This document shows positions 27,331-40,412 of a stretch of 64,000 bases of DNA, piece by piece; the stretch's first letter is position 1; each line of letters opens with the position of its first letter. This DNA comes from Isurus oxyrinchus (taxonomy: Eukaryota). The stretch spans positions 74,214,001-74,278,000 of the forward strand of contig JANJGN010000008.1 of assembly GCA_026770705.1 (NCBI GenBank), read 5' to 3'. The notes beneath the pieces were generated by a model, which was given only the letters and a program-made list of their open reading frames with translations, was not told the DNA's origin and ran no database searches. The position numbers and the translations under genes were made by a program.

Positions 27331-28151
27331 TTTTAGCTTTAAGTGTTCAACCTCTGTAAATTTTATGAATAAAAATGAGTAATTAGCCTGTGTGAAATTT
27401 TTCCATGTCTCGTGGCTCTCAAACATCCGAAGATTATCGTATGTGACTCTTAGGGTCAGTAAGTTTGACCATCTAAGTTATGGACGAGAGCTCTGTTCAG
27501 GTTGCTAATGCCTGTCTCTAGCCTTTTAATCCTGTTATGACCAGGATGGAAGAAATGCACTATTTATCTCTAGTCCCACTACTCCATGGGTCATAACATA
27601 TATTTAAATGCTGTTTTCAGCTAGTTATGTGACCAAAAATGTGCTTTCCCTATTAATCTCAGAATGACCACTCACTGACCAGGTTTCCTCAGTTAACATC
27701 AAACTTATTAGTTTATTGTAAAACCAGTCTGGTTGAATAGAATGGCAAAGCTTACTAACATACAATATGAATTATGGAGATATACTAATTGCTCTTTCGA
27801 AATACCCTAAGTCACACACACATACACAAAAAAGTTAAACTAAATACAAATTGAAAATAATTCTGACAAAGGTTAAAAGTCAATGGTCCAAAAGGCAATG
27901 GATAACTAGAGTCCTTGAAATAGCATCTGGGTTATATGGTTGGTCTCTCAGCGCTGATCCGTGAAACAATCGATGACTCTTGCATTGCTTTCCAGGTGGG
28001 CCCAAGGAACACTCGAGGGCACTCAATCCCATCACATAGAACAATTTAGGAGCAGCTTATATCCACTTCCAACTGTGGACTGGCTATTGACTGCAAAAAG
28101 GCTGCTGTCTTCCCCATAGGCAGCTGGTCCTTCTTTTCTCAGAAGCAATAC

Positions 28152-28360
28152 CCAGATGAATTGGGCAAAGGAATGCCAGTGGGATACTTTTCCAAAAAGC
28201 TGAATCAACCCCAAAAAATATACTCTACGTTGGAAAAGGAAATTCTGGGCTTGCTGTTGGCTCTAAAACATTTTGACATGTATGTCTGCCATGGATACAG
28301 GGAAACACTGGTATATACTGATCACAACACCTTAGGCTTTGTGGACAAAGTTTAAACTTT
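28152..28360 (+). repeat. Inverted copy of the element's own RNase H segment inside the LTR
   Basis: PVGYFSKKLNQPQKIYSTLEKEILGL..VYTDHN on plus; homologous to 28945-29145 on minus. Confidence 0.85.
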
Positions 28361-30156
28361 GTCTTTAAACACAGTTTTTTGGTTTGGGGGCATTTTTTTT
28401 TCAGACTATAAAATACCATGTGACCCCCACTCCACCATCCTCCCACCCTCGGTACACAGCTTGCCAGGGTTAAGAGCTTTCAGCTTCTTTACAACTGTTC
28501 AATTACTTTTTCTTGTAAATGGATGTCTCTTCAAGAAAAGCAATCAGAGTCTTGCATTAACCTTTTAAGAAACATTGTCTTTTAAAACACAGATTTTTCC
28601 ATAATGTTTAGTCTTTGAAGATGAAACGATTTTCTATGATTGAAGTATTCATGACACTTCCCACCTTGGAGAAATGAAACTCCATTTTTATCTGCATTTC
28701 ATTACAAAGTAAATAATAAAACAGAAATAAAAACCTTAAAACACATCCGCACACTCATTCATTCATTTTTTTTACAAAGCTAATACATTTATTATCTGTA
28801 TCATTTCAGCCTTTCGCAAATTTACAACAAAGTAAATTCTAGACAAAACATCAGCAATTACATTGTTTCTCCCTGCAATGTGGACAATCTTTAAGTGATA
28901 AGGGTTGTAATTATAAACTCAATCGAAATAGTCTGGCATTCTGGTTTTTAAAATTTGTCCAAAATTGTTAATGGATTGTGATCATTATATATCAGTATCT
29001 CCCTATATCCATGGCAGACATACAAAAGCTTAAGAGCCAATGGCAAGCTGAGGATTTCCTTTTCCACTGTTGACTATCTTTTTTGGTGCTGATTTAGCTT
29101 TTTGGAAAAGTAACCCACCAGCATTTCTTTGCCTAATTCATCTTCTTGTAACAGGACTACATCTACCCCCAGGTTACTAGCGCCAATTGTTACTTTGCAG
29201 GGCTTTGTGAAATTTGGAGCAGTCAGCACTGGATCATTGATCAAAATTGCTTTCAGCCTTTCAAACGATGCTTGGCACTCTCCCATCCTCATTACCTTGG
29301 CTTTCCTTTGTAGCAAGTGCGTCAGTAGAGTAGCTATAGTGCTGAAACTTGGTACAAATTTGTGGTAAAACCCACATACCCCCACAAACCTCATGCCCTC
29401 TCACCTTAGTTTTAGGGGCTGGGAACTCCACCAATGCTTGCACTTTCTCTGTTCCTGGCAACACTTGCCCTTGCACTAAGATGTGCCCTAGATAACTTAC
29501 TCACGCTTTCACTGATTCGCTTTTGGCAAGGGTTATTACCAAATCAGCAGACTGTGTTTTTTTTAAACAGGGCTTCTAACTGTTTCAAGTGGTGTTTCCA
29601 AGTGTCACTATATATCAGTACATCATCAAGATAAACCACACAGTTAGGAACACCAGCTGCCACTTAGTTCATTAGTCTCTGAAAAGTTGTTGGTGTGTTT
29701 TTTAGCCCAAATGACATCACTCAGCATTGGAAAAGACTATCCGGTGCGACAACGGTTGATATTTCTTTAGCTCGGAGTGTTAAAGGAACCTGCCAATATC
29801 GCTTTAACAGATCTATTTTGATAAGAAACATGACACTCTGTCAATACAGTCTTCCAAGTGAAAAATTGGGTAGGAACATGCTTTCGTTGCTGACTTGACC
29901 TTTCTGCAGTCTATACAGAATCTGGTTGAAAAATTGGTTTAGTCACTAACAAAACAGGGGAACTGCAGTTGCTTTGGCTGGGTTCAATGAGGTGAATTTC
30001 TCACATGTACTGGATCTCTGCTTTCACCTGAGCCTGTTTCTCCAACCCTAAGCAACAAGGATGCTGTTTTATAGGAGAATGTCTTTCTACATCCACATCA
30101 CATGTAGTTAAGGTTGTACAGCCTGGTTTGTCCCTACAGATTCCTTTACATTCTGT

Positions 30157-30831
30157 AGGCAGAAATTTTAGCTCGGCAGCAGGTGTGCGCCCAACCCGCT
30201 CAAGCGTGAAATGATGCTTGTTGATGTCGGCTGAGCGTGCCGATGTCAATGCGCAGTTGCTCGATAGTTCAGTCGGCGGGCGTGCGCTGGAGTTAGCAGC
30301 ACACCTGCCGACAATTAAAAGGACTGTGAAGGCCATTAATTAATTAATTAACTTAAATTTTCAGCTGCCCGTCCAACCTAATGGTTGTCGGGCAGGCGAA
30401 AAAGCCATGTGGCCTTTGCATTTTTTTGGAAATCTCATCCGTAGATGGGATGAGATTTCCAAAAGCAAATAAAAATAAAATAAAAAGTTTAATTTTTCAT
30501 TAATAATATGTCACTGCTCATGTGACACAGTCACATGAGCAGTGACATTTTTTTCATATCTCTTCATCTCCCTGAGGTAGCTCTGTGCCTCAGGGAGATA
30601 ATGAAGCATTCACTAGCGCGCATGCATGAAGTTCATGCTTGGCCCACTCGTCCTCCTCCTCCCCCTGCACAGGCAGTGCTCAGCGCTGCCGGGTATGTTT
30701 TAGGCTGGGCAGGCCTTAATTGGCCTACCAGTATGAAAATGCAGTCTGGTGCCCATCGCAGGTAGCAGTTGGCTTCCCGACTGCCCCCGCTCACCCCACC
30801 GAGCCCACCCACCAAGGGCAAATTTCTGCCC
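30157..30831 (+). mobile_element. Harbinger MITE
   Basis: TIRs AGGCAGAAATTT / AAATTTCTGCCC; TGT TSD; ends homologous to 51438-53780. Confidence 0.9.
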
Positions 30832-31282
30832 TGTAAGTAACCTCACTAGATCCTGTCATTGTCCTGCCTCTAAGTATGAAGATATGGTGTCTAACTGTCC
30901 TAATATTTCAGCATTAGTTATCCAAAGAGGAGGTTCAATTTTTGAACTGTCCAAATCTCTTTCCGCTTCAACCTCACTGCCTCTTTCATTCTCCATTGTG
31001 CTTACTGCCTGCCTTACTTGCTCCTTCTTATCATCCTCCTGATGATGACATTGTTTCAACACATTGATAGAATATAGCCAATTTTTTTTCCTATGACCTG
31101 AGGTGTCTATCAAATAATTTACTTTACCAACCCTCCTAATTACCTTGTATGGTCTACTGAACTGTGCTTTCAGAAGTTTGTCCTGTAAAGGCAATGACAC
31201 TAACACTTCATCCGTGATTGTAATCTTCGGTTTGCAGCTTGTTTATCTGCCCATTCCTTCATCTTTGTTTATGAAACTTTAA

Positions 31283-32019
31283 GGCCAGAATCTTTGGGTT
31301 AGCGATTGGGGGCAGGGGGGCGGGGGTGGGGGGGGCGGGGGGGTGTATGGGTGGGGGGGTAGGCCCTATTTGCCGACGCGTAAAATGACATGTGGTGAAG
31401 TCGGGCATATGTCCCGATGTCACTGCGTATCTTTCAGGTCCTCAGTTCGGCGCGTGCGCGCACCGGAGTTGGCTGCGCTCCTGCCAAACTGTCAAAGGCA
31501 TATTAAGGCCATTTAAAATCCAAATAAAATGATTAACAGGGCTGCCTGTCCAACCTTTAGGTTGAGGGGCAGGCGAAGAGCCCAGGCGACCTTCACGTTT
31601 ATCATGAAACCTCATCAATGGGCAGGATAAGGTTTCACAAAGGTTTTTGAAGTTTAATAAACATTTTAAATAAAATTCATTAACATATCCTAGCTCATGT
31701 GACACTGTCACATGAGGGGACATGTCTTAATTTTTTATTTTCTTCACTAAAATTTTTACAAATCAAACTAATCTCCCTGAAGCAGCTCTGTGCCTCAAGG
31801 AGATTTCTGTGCTCTTTCGCGCACACACAGGCCCCGACTCAGCCTCCTTTTCCTGCCAAACAGGGAATGCTCAGATCTTCCTGGTGCGCATCATGCTGGG
31901 CAGACCTTAATTGGCCCAGCCACGTAAAATGGCGGCACACAGCCGATAGCGGGCGGTGATCGGCTGCACGTCCGCGCCCGTTCCCAACCAACTCCCCCCA
32001 CAGGGAGAAAGTTCTCACC
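31283..32019 (+). mobile_element. Harbinger MITE, same family
   Basis: TAA TSD; imperfect TIRs; shared CATGTGACACTGTCACATG core. Confidence 0.85.
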
Positions 32020-34810
32020 TAACATGCTCTTGAGCCACTTTGCATGCTCCCATGAGCCATTCCTGGAACATGGAAAGACAGTCTAACATAGAGGATTTGT
32101 CCCTCTGTCCTAAAATCTTCTCTTTGATTAATTTCAGAGGACCTCTTACCTCAAGTCCATAAATTCATTCAAAAGGTCTAAAACCAGTAGATTCATTCAG
32201 TGAATCTCGGGTAGCAACTGAAAGAAAATCCAGTCCTTTGGCCAAATTGTGGAGATATTCATGACAATACACTTTTATAATGTTTTATAGAGTTTGATGG
32301 TACTGCTCAAAATCTCCCTGTGCCTGTGAATGATATGCTTTGGATTTTAACTGTTTTATACCCAAATTGAAAAATTTTTGACATAAAATTGGAACCCTTA
32401 TCTGACTGCATTTCCACCAGTAATCCATATCCAGGTTAAAATGAGGTTAACTTCTCTAGCACTACTTTAGCTGTCATCATCCTTAAAAGGATGGCCTCTG
32501 GAATTCAAGTTGCCATATCCATAATTGTAAGGATATACTTGTGCCATGCTTTCATTTTTGGTAATGGTCCCATACAGTCTACTAACCCTGCTAAATGGTT
32601 TCTCAAAAACTGGTCTGGGGATTAAAAGTGCCGGTTTGCTTGCTTGTTGTGGTTTTCCCACCATCTGACATTTATGGCACGTTTTACAAAATTGCACCAT
32701 GTGTTTATGAAGATGTAGTCATTAACAATGCTGGTTTATCCATGCTTGAGTTTTCCATAACCCTTTTATTAAACATCTCTTTCAGATTCTTTAAGTCTTT
32801 AAAGAAGGTTTCAGCTAACCAAATATCTGTCAGTGGCATCACTTTGACCTCGGATGATGGACTTTGCTTACCCATTGCTCAGGTCATCACACATGAAGGA
32901 AAATTTGCTGGAACTTCTTCTTGTAACTGTTCCATCTCTTTAACCTCATTTGGGCTTTCTGTTATTATGGGAGAAGCTACAACCTTCACTCCGGCTAAAT
33001 CATTTTCCAAGAGTAACTCAACTCCGTCAACAGGTAACTTCTGAACAACCTGTACCGTCACTTTCCTAGACATTAGGTCTCATTCCAAGGGCACCCGGTT
33101 CAAAGATATGGGTATATACTCCCTGCCAATGCCATTTATTAAAATTTTGGCTCTAAAGTGGTTTTCGGTAGAAAAGATATGTCTTTCCCCAGCAAAAGTA
33201 TTTGAGTGGCTCACCTATCTCTTAATGTAACTAGAGCCTTAGCTGTCTCATTTGAGGAATATTGGTTAATTTTCCTCTCAACAAAAATTCTTTATAAGTC
33301 TCATGTATCTCATTCATAGCTCTCCTGAACTCACAGCAGTGTTCACACTCAGTCTCACAACTGTAGTTAACATTACAACTTAAAGTGTTGTATTTTAGTC
33401 AGGGCTCCTTTTCCTGATTTGCCCATGCATACCTCAATAACTCCCATGGATTTTCCACCTAACTTCCACCAATCTGCATAAACATGTCTCACCTTGTCAC
33501 AATGGAAACACTTAGGCCTTCGAATATCACTTCCACCCTCAGTACCTTCCTTTCTGGTCTGAAGAGAAGCTTCCAGTGAATTCCCAGCTGTCCCTTCTCT
33601 TCCCTGGCTACTTGCCTTCTTTTAACCTTCACACCTTCTATAATTTTTGGATTCGTGGGGGTGATGGAAAAAGGGTTTGGATTTATGGACCAGCTCATAA
33701 TCATCAGCCATCTCCATTACCTGTCTAGCTGTTGTAATCCTCTGGTCTTCAACATTGGCTCCAACTACTGGATGGAATGAATTTTTAAATTCTTCCAGGA
33801 GAATTATTTCCCTAAGAGCCTCATATGTTGTCCCTACTTTCAATGCCCATATCCAACAGTCAAAATTGCTTTGCTTTATCCTCTCAAATTCAGTATAGGT
33901 CTGCTCAGGCTGTGGTCTTATGTTTTGAAATTTCTGACTGTATGCCTTGGGGACAAGTTCCTTTGCACTTGAAATAGTCTGTTTTACTGCATCATGATCC
34001 ACAGAAATCTCTTCTGAAAGTGATCCATAAACCTAATGAACTCTACCCACCAAGCTACACTGTAGAAGCAATATCCAGTTTTCTTTTGGCCACCTCATTT
34101 GCTTAGCTACCTGCTCAAATGCAATGAAGACTGCCTCTCCAGCCCTTTTCTCAAATTTTGGAAGGGCTAGTATAAATTTAAACATCTCCCCACTGGGCTT
34201 TGTTTTGGTAGTTTCTTCCCAATTAATATTTCCCCTAAAGTCAAGGCCTGCCTTTTGTTTTAGGTCCAGCAGCCCAAGCTGGTATTCCCTTTATCTCTCC
34301 TTTTCTTCTCATTTGCTTGCCTTCTCTCTCTCCTGCCATTCTGTTTGCTCCCTTTAAAATGATTTCCTTTTCCTTTGTCTGGAACTCTAGTTGCAACTTT
34401 TTTTGTTCTAACTGAAATTGTGCCCATGTAAACTTGTCTCCTTCTGATTCTAAAGGTTCCTCTGGTTCTTTCACTTCCATATTCAGCTTTTTGGCCACCA
34501 TTCACCAGGATCAAGAGGTTTTAGTTTCTTTACAACTGTTTAATTATTTTTTCTAATAAATGGATGTCTCTTCCAAGAAAAGCAATTGGAGTACTTGCAT
34601 TTTTTAATTCATTCATGGGATGTGGGTGTCACTGGCTAGGCCAGCATTTATTACCCATCCTTAGTTGTCCTTGAGAACTGAGTGGCTTACTAGGCCATTT
34701 AAGGTCAGCCACAATACTGTGGGTTTGGAGAAACATGTAGGCCAGACCAAGTAAGGGCAGCAGACTTCCTTCTCTAAAGGACATAAATGAACCAGATGCA
34801 TCTTCATGAC

Positions 34811-35658
34811 TAAAAGCAAAATACTGTGGATGCTGGAAATCTGAAACGAAAACAAAAATTGCTGGAAAAACTCAGCAGGTCTGACAGCATCTGTGGAGAG
34901 GAAGACAGAGTTAATGTTTCAAGTCCATATCAGACTCAAAATGTTAACTCTGGGCAGAACTTTGCCCTTGATGGGCAGGTGGGTCCCACCGGCTCGGCAG
35001 CACCACTGAAATGAGACCTGCTGCCATTCTGAGTGGGCAGGCCAATTAAGGCCCACCCAGCAGGCCACCCAATGGGGTGCTATGTGCTTCCTGTGTGGGG
35101 GGAGAGGGATCCCCAACTGTCAGAGTGCGCTCTTTCACGCATGCCCGCGAAAGAGCACACATCTCCCTGAGACTAAGTGCTGTCTCAGGGAGAGCGCTGA
35201 AAATTTTATAAACTTCACAAATAGAAAAATCAAAATATTATTAACATGTCCCCTTCGTGTGACATTGTCACACAAGATGGGACATGTTAATAAATATCAC
35301 ATAAATTTTATTAAAGATTTTTAAAACATACATGAAACTTCATCCCACCAGTGGATGAGGTTTCATGTTTTTTCAGAAGCCCGCTGGGGCTCCTGGCCTG
35401 CCCACCAGCCTTAAGGTTGGACGGGCTGTGCCTTTAATTGGCTTAATTGTTTCGCTGATTTCGCTGTGCACCCATCTTTCTGAATATTTAAATGAGGTGA
35501 GATGACGTCGGGGGTTCCTCCCAACATCATCCCACGTCATTTTCACATCGGTCAGCAGGCCCCACCCTCAGCTGGCCGATGGAAAAATTCTGCCCTCTGT
35601 CTTTCTCTCTACAGATGCTATCAGACATGCTGAGTTTTTCCAGCAATTTTTACTTTTG
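34811..35658. repeat. Fold-back (inverted) pLTR pair, split by a MITE
   Basis: Arm 34852-34925 is the reverse complement of 34933-34951 plus 35599-35652; flanks GCATCTTCATGAC / GCATCATTCTGAC. Confidence 0.8.
34952..35595 (-). mobile_element. Harbinger MITE, same family, reverse orientation
   Basis: TIRs GGGCAGAACTTT / AAATTCTGCCC; TCT TSD. Confidence 0.9.
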
Positions 35659-37964
35659 CATCATTCTGACAATTGGCAAAGGTTTCATGGTCATCATTAG
35701 ACTCTTAATTCCAGATTTTCATTGAATTCAAATGTCATCATCTGCCGTGGTGCGATTCGAACTTGGGTCCCCAAAGTATTACCCTGGATCTCTGGATTAC
35801 TAGTCCAGTGATAATACCCCTTTCTGTCAACAATACCACTACTTCACTGCCTCTCCTGGCTCCCCCTTTAAGAAACAGTGCTTTTTAAAACACAAATTCT
35901 TCCAAAATGTTTAGTCCTTGGAGATGAACAATTTTCTGTGACTGAAATATTCATAATAATCCTTACACCGACCCTTTAACTATTCCTTCAGAAGATTGAC
36001 TTTATTGAGCCACACATACCATACAGGATCCCTGAACCACTTCCACTTTCTGCTCTACCTTCACTCCTCGCATTGCTTATGTGAGACACTAAGACCTCAC
36101 CCTGTATATTTTTATTATAGAATATAAAGAGATATGCTCATTGCTAGCTCTAAAACAATGTAATGCTGGAGAAAGACCTAAAATGGCTGAATCTATGTCT
36201 GCCTGTGACCCTCGAACAAAAGAAGTTACCTGGTAGTATCAGGGAAACTCACACATCATTATCTCTGAAGAGCCACGAATGACCCTTGTAAGCTGCATAG
36301 ACCAAATTCAAAAAGAGCTATACAAAGACTATCTGCATTTCATAACCCAGGCTGACCAACAGGGGTCTGCTCGTCTGCTAAAACAAGGGGCCCCACAACT
36401 CTGCTGTCAATTCTTAATGATTGAGACATTCAATAATCTCAGGGTCTCAGATGAGGGATACACACCCTTTATCAAACAGAGTGTGAAGAGGGATTCATGT
36501 GACATGGACCTCTGGTTTTTGGAACCAGTAATATTGCCTTGCTGTACTGTAAAGTCTCAGTCTGTCATTTTACCATCTAACTAGTAGCATCACAGACAAG
36601 GAGCTCTGGCTCAGGTTCACACCTAGCCCCATCTACACTGCTTTTACTGGAAAGCACGTACCATCGCCTATAAGACTGATTCATTTCTGCATGCCTATCT
36701 TGTCGCATGAAGTCAACACAACCGGAAAAGTGAATTATCCAGTGTTGGTTTTCAGGCCACTGACCTCTGTGAAGGAATACCTCATTGGCTTTGATTCTGG
36801 ACAATGGAACCCATGTGAAGCAATATTTCTTGCCTCTGTAGTCTCTACGCTGTAAATCTTTATTTTTCTATCCTTCTTTTACTGTATGAATGCAAAGGAG
36901 GCAACATTGCAACCCTCCTGCATTTTGGGTGTGCTCAAGTAAACTAACTCTTTGAGTTCATCCTCTCTTGAGTTCGCTGGGGGTTATTAACAGGACATTG
37001 GATCACACTAAACCCAGGAGTTGCAAAATGCGCCACGACTTATAAAGGGAGAAACAAATCAAAACACCTTTCTGTTTACAGAGGGATGGTGAGAGGAGAA
37101 ATTTAAACTAACTCCCCCTCCTTTCCATAATACTTGCTTGAACAATGAACACATAGCCCCAAGGATAATTTTTATGCATAACATCTAGTGAAAAATCAGA
37201 TGTCCCATGGTCACTAAGATATTTTAATCTGCAATTTATTATAGTTGGTCGGCATTTTGACCAGTGAGCTATTATCAAACCCATGTTTTATAGCAAATAC
37301 AGGGTACAGTAGGAATGTAGCTATGACTGAAGCCTCCCTCATCTTAGCTGCCTAGATTCAGAAAAAGTTGGTTGCGATCCTTAATCCCTTTCTGCCTTCT
37401 TATGATACTAATTACAGATGCTCCATGTTGGATGCCAACCATGGACTCATTATTACCAGAGCCTTATAGTTTTGTACATTAAATAATGAAGCTCATACCA
37501 AATATTGTCTCAACATTTCTGTTACTAGCAACGTTGCAAAATACAGAAATGGTGCCATTATCTCAGTCTGGAGAACAGAGGTGCACAGCGCTCCAAGACC
37601 AGCTTCTCCAGCTTCTTCTGGCCTACAGAACATGTGCTTTATATATAGCTGGCTTGTTCATAAGAAGCTTACAACAATAGGCACCATTGGATATCTGTGC
37701 TTTGACCCTTTGACCTATATATTGACAAATATCGTTACAATTTCCCTTGGTTCAGCCAACCCATCTAGGCTTTTTCAATTCATTTCCCTTTTACTGTGAA
37801 ATAAGGTGAAAAAGTTACAAGGACATTTGACATCAAAATTATAAAGCCACCATTATTCAAGGTTAACAGTGAGGAAAAGCACATGCTGTGACAGGATAAA
37901 ATGACTTTTGACATTAGACGGACAATTGACATTAGAGCCTTTGACCAGGAAATAGCTTTTCCCT

Positions 37965-38310
37965 AATTCATTCATGGGATGTGGGCATTGCTGGCAAGGT
38001 CAGCCTTCATTCCTCATCTCTATTTGCCCTTGAGAAAGTGGTGCTTTGTACCTTTCTTGAACTGCTGCAGTCTGTGTGGTGAAGGTACTCTTACAGTGCG
38101 GTTAGAGATTGAGTTCTAGGATTTTGGCCCAGCAACAGTGAAGGAAATGTAATATATTTTCCAGTCAGGCTGCTGTGTGACTTGGTGGGGAGAGTTTGCA
38201 GGTAGTGGTGGTCGCACGTGGCTGCTGCCCTCATCTTTCATGCTGATAGAAGTCCTGGGTTTGGAGGATGCTGGTGAAGAGAAAGCCTTGGAAAACTTCT
38301 TAACTTGCAA
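37965..38310 (-). mobile_element. HER1-like LINE 3' fragment
   Basis: Homologous to 19055-19365. Confidence 0.8.
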
Positions 38311-38659
38311 GCATCCAATAATTTTCCTATTGTGCATAGGAAGGTTATAGTAGCAGTAAACATACAAGTAAATTCAGCAGAATCATGCCGGCCTCCCAAC
38401 AAAGCTGGGAGGCTTGCTGCAAAATCACATAGGCAGGCTGGGAGGTAATGCCATTGTGAATAAGAATTGAAATTGATAGGATTGTCTGAGGAGCCATGCT
38501 CTGTGCCAAACTCTTTTGCCTAACAATAGTTGGAGGGATGGCAAACAAAACTTCATAGTTGAAGGTCACCAGCATGAAAAACATTGAAAATATAATTGTC
38601 ACTGAGTTATGAGCTTTTGTCATATTGTTCCATTATGGAATGGCTATTCAGTGCTTACC

Positions 38660-38800
38660 AATACTTTTGGCAACCAACAATTAACTTTATCCAGTGGCAT
38701 TACAAAATGACTGTCATTGCATTCCATTGGAATAATTATTGTGTGAAGTGATTTGAAAAATTTCAAGAGAGTAAGACACTGTATAAATACAAATGTTATT
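38660..38800 (+). repeat. Degenerate DeuSINE 3' end
   Basis: Similar to 23100-23180 and 54180-54305 (..CACTGTATAAATACAA). Confidence 0.4.
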
Positions 38801-40412
38801 ATTACCCACTATAGAATGTAGCATGACAAGACGCTGCTTGTTTGACCTGAAGTTTAAGAGAACAGGGTGAAGGAATTTACAACATAAAAACTATTCGCCC
38901 CACAACACACTATCATGATTTCAGGAGCTGTTTTGGTTATTGACACCTTCTTCCTAGCCCACAGCTCACACTATTCTCCTCCTTGCTGAATGGTGATTGA
39001 TCTAGTTCCATTTGGCAGGCTTCAATCAAAGAGCTAAAATTGCCCTTTTAGTTAAGCACTTAAATCATTTCACAAAGCAAGGCATAATTTTTTGTATGTG
39101 TTTAATCACCTGTTTGAACTAATAACTGTGATGAAAATAGCATTCAATTTTATTATACTCTATCGTACCAATAATAATGGTAAATATAAATTTGCTATCA
39201 TTAAGTTAAAATGCAAATAATATGATTAAATTTTAGAACAAATTCATATATGATATGTTGATATCAGATTCAATAAGTTTCTGTTGGGTTGTATTAAGTG
39301 AGATAACTCACTATGGAAAAGAATGGTGTGTTCATCACATTGTTTTGTTACATGAGACAAGTTATGCTGAAAGAATGATCCTTTTTGTTGGTCTGTATGT
39401 TTGTCTGGGCCCCTATTACCAAGTATTTTCTTGGTCTGCCTTTGAAAAGAGCATATGAGCAAAAGACACAAGTATCACTCAGAGATACTATTGCTGCTGG
39501 ATTATGCCCTTATTTAGTTAGATATTGCAGAATATGGGCAGAGCAAGATGCGTTGGGGAGTGATTAACTTCAACAGAATACCCAAAGAAAGGCCTTCATT
39601 TCGTAAACATTGTTGAGTTAATGCCTCAGTTATAATATTGGAGAGAGGAAACATCATACAAATGCATTGAGATTTTGCCCATTATATCAACAACAATTTT
39701 TTCCAGCCATATATATCTATGAATGTTTAAACTGCTGCAGAGATTGTAGTAATGCAGCTTGCATTTAACATTTGTACACACTGCTTATCCTGCAATGTCT
39801 CACTGCTGACTGCATGCAGAATTGGCACTGAGGATAGACTGAGCTGCCAGTAGGAGCTCTATGTCCCCTCTCTGGCGATTGTGGAAAAACAGCTGGGGAA
39901 AATATTGAAGACAATTGCAATGATTAAATATGTAAAACTGAAGGAATGAAATGTCAATCTGATGGGTTTAATGATGAATACAATTAGTTAAGACAAGGAT
40001 TTTATTGTAAATTTCTCTTCAACAGTTATGCTAGAATTCATTTAACTGAGTGATGCAAAGCATTGCAAAGTATTTAATCAACAAATGGTTATTAAATAAA
40101 ATCCCCATTGATTGTTAAAGAACTTTACTACATTTTTAATGCAATTGAAATGATGGCTTTGCTTCCCTGGTCTGAAAGGGCTATTACTAGGGAATCTGAG
40201 CTCTAATCAAGTTAATTGGTGGAGTTCATATTCAGTTTCTCTATCTCCATTGAATCTGCAATTTTGGCTCTACTCCTCTGGAGAGGTGCCACAAACCTCC
40301 AAAGGAGAGGAGATAAAATCCCAGAGGGAATCTTGTCTGGGCCTATCAATGTATTTCCCAGCTGTGGGCTCAGGATGGCTATAACAGACCAGGCAATGGA
40401 TTTTTTTAACAT

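Larger units (their letters stand above)
34607..35855 (-). repeat. tRNA-derived SINE (HE1-like) with LINE-derived tail, interrupted at about 34811-35660
   Basis: B box GTTCGAATC near 35755; head near 35850; tail matches the HER1-like LINE 3' end (ATTCATTCATGGGATGTGGG on plus). Confidence 0.8.
27533..35958 (-). mobile_element. Gmr1-like Gypsy LTR retrotransposon (gag/SCAN-PR-INT-RT-RH), decayed
   Basis: ATCC TSD at 27529-27532 and 35959-35962; 3' LTR 27533-28656 (TGTTATGA..TCATGACA) next to a purine tract; partial 5' LTR 34505-34600 plus 35865-35958; gag 33480-34500; PR about 32900-33260 (LPVDGVELLLENDLAG); INT about 30900-32700 (FCKTCHKCQMVGKP); RT/RH 28830-30150. Confidence 0.9.

Noticed and set aside
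35745-35855. tRNA gene (also 22805 and 58520-58596)
   Set aside because: A/B boxes belong to SINE heads; no full cloverleaf
36577-36850. Minus-strand open frame that could be a host exon
   Set aside because: No recognisable domain, weak splice acceptor and no partner exons; needs RNA-seq
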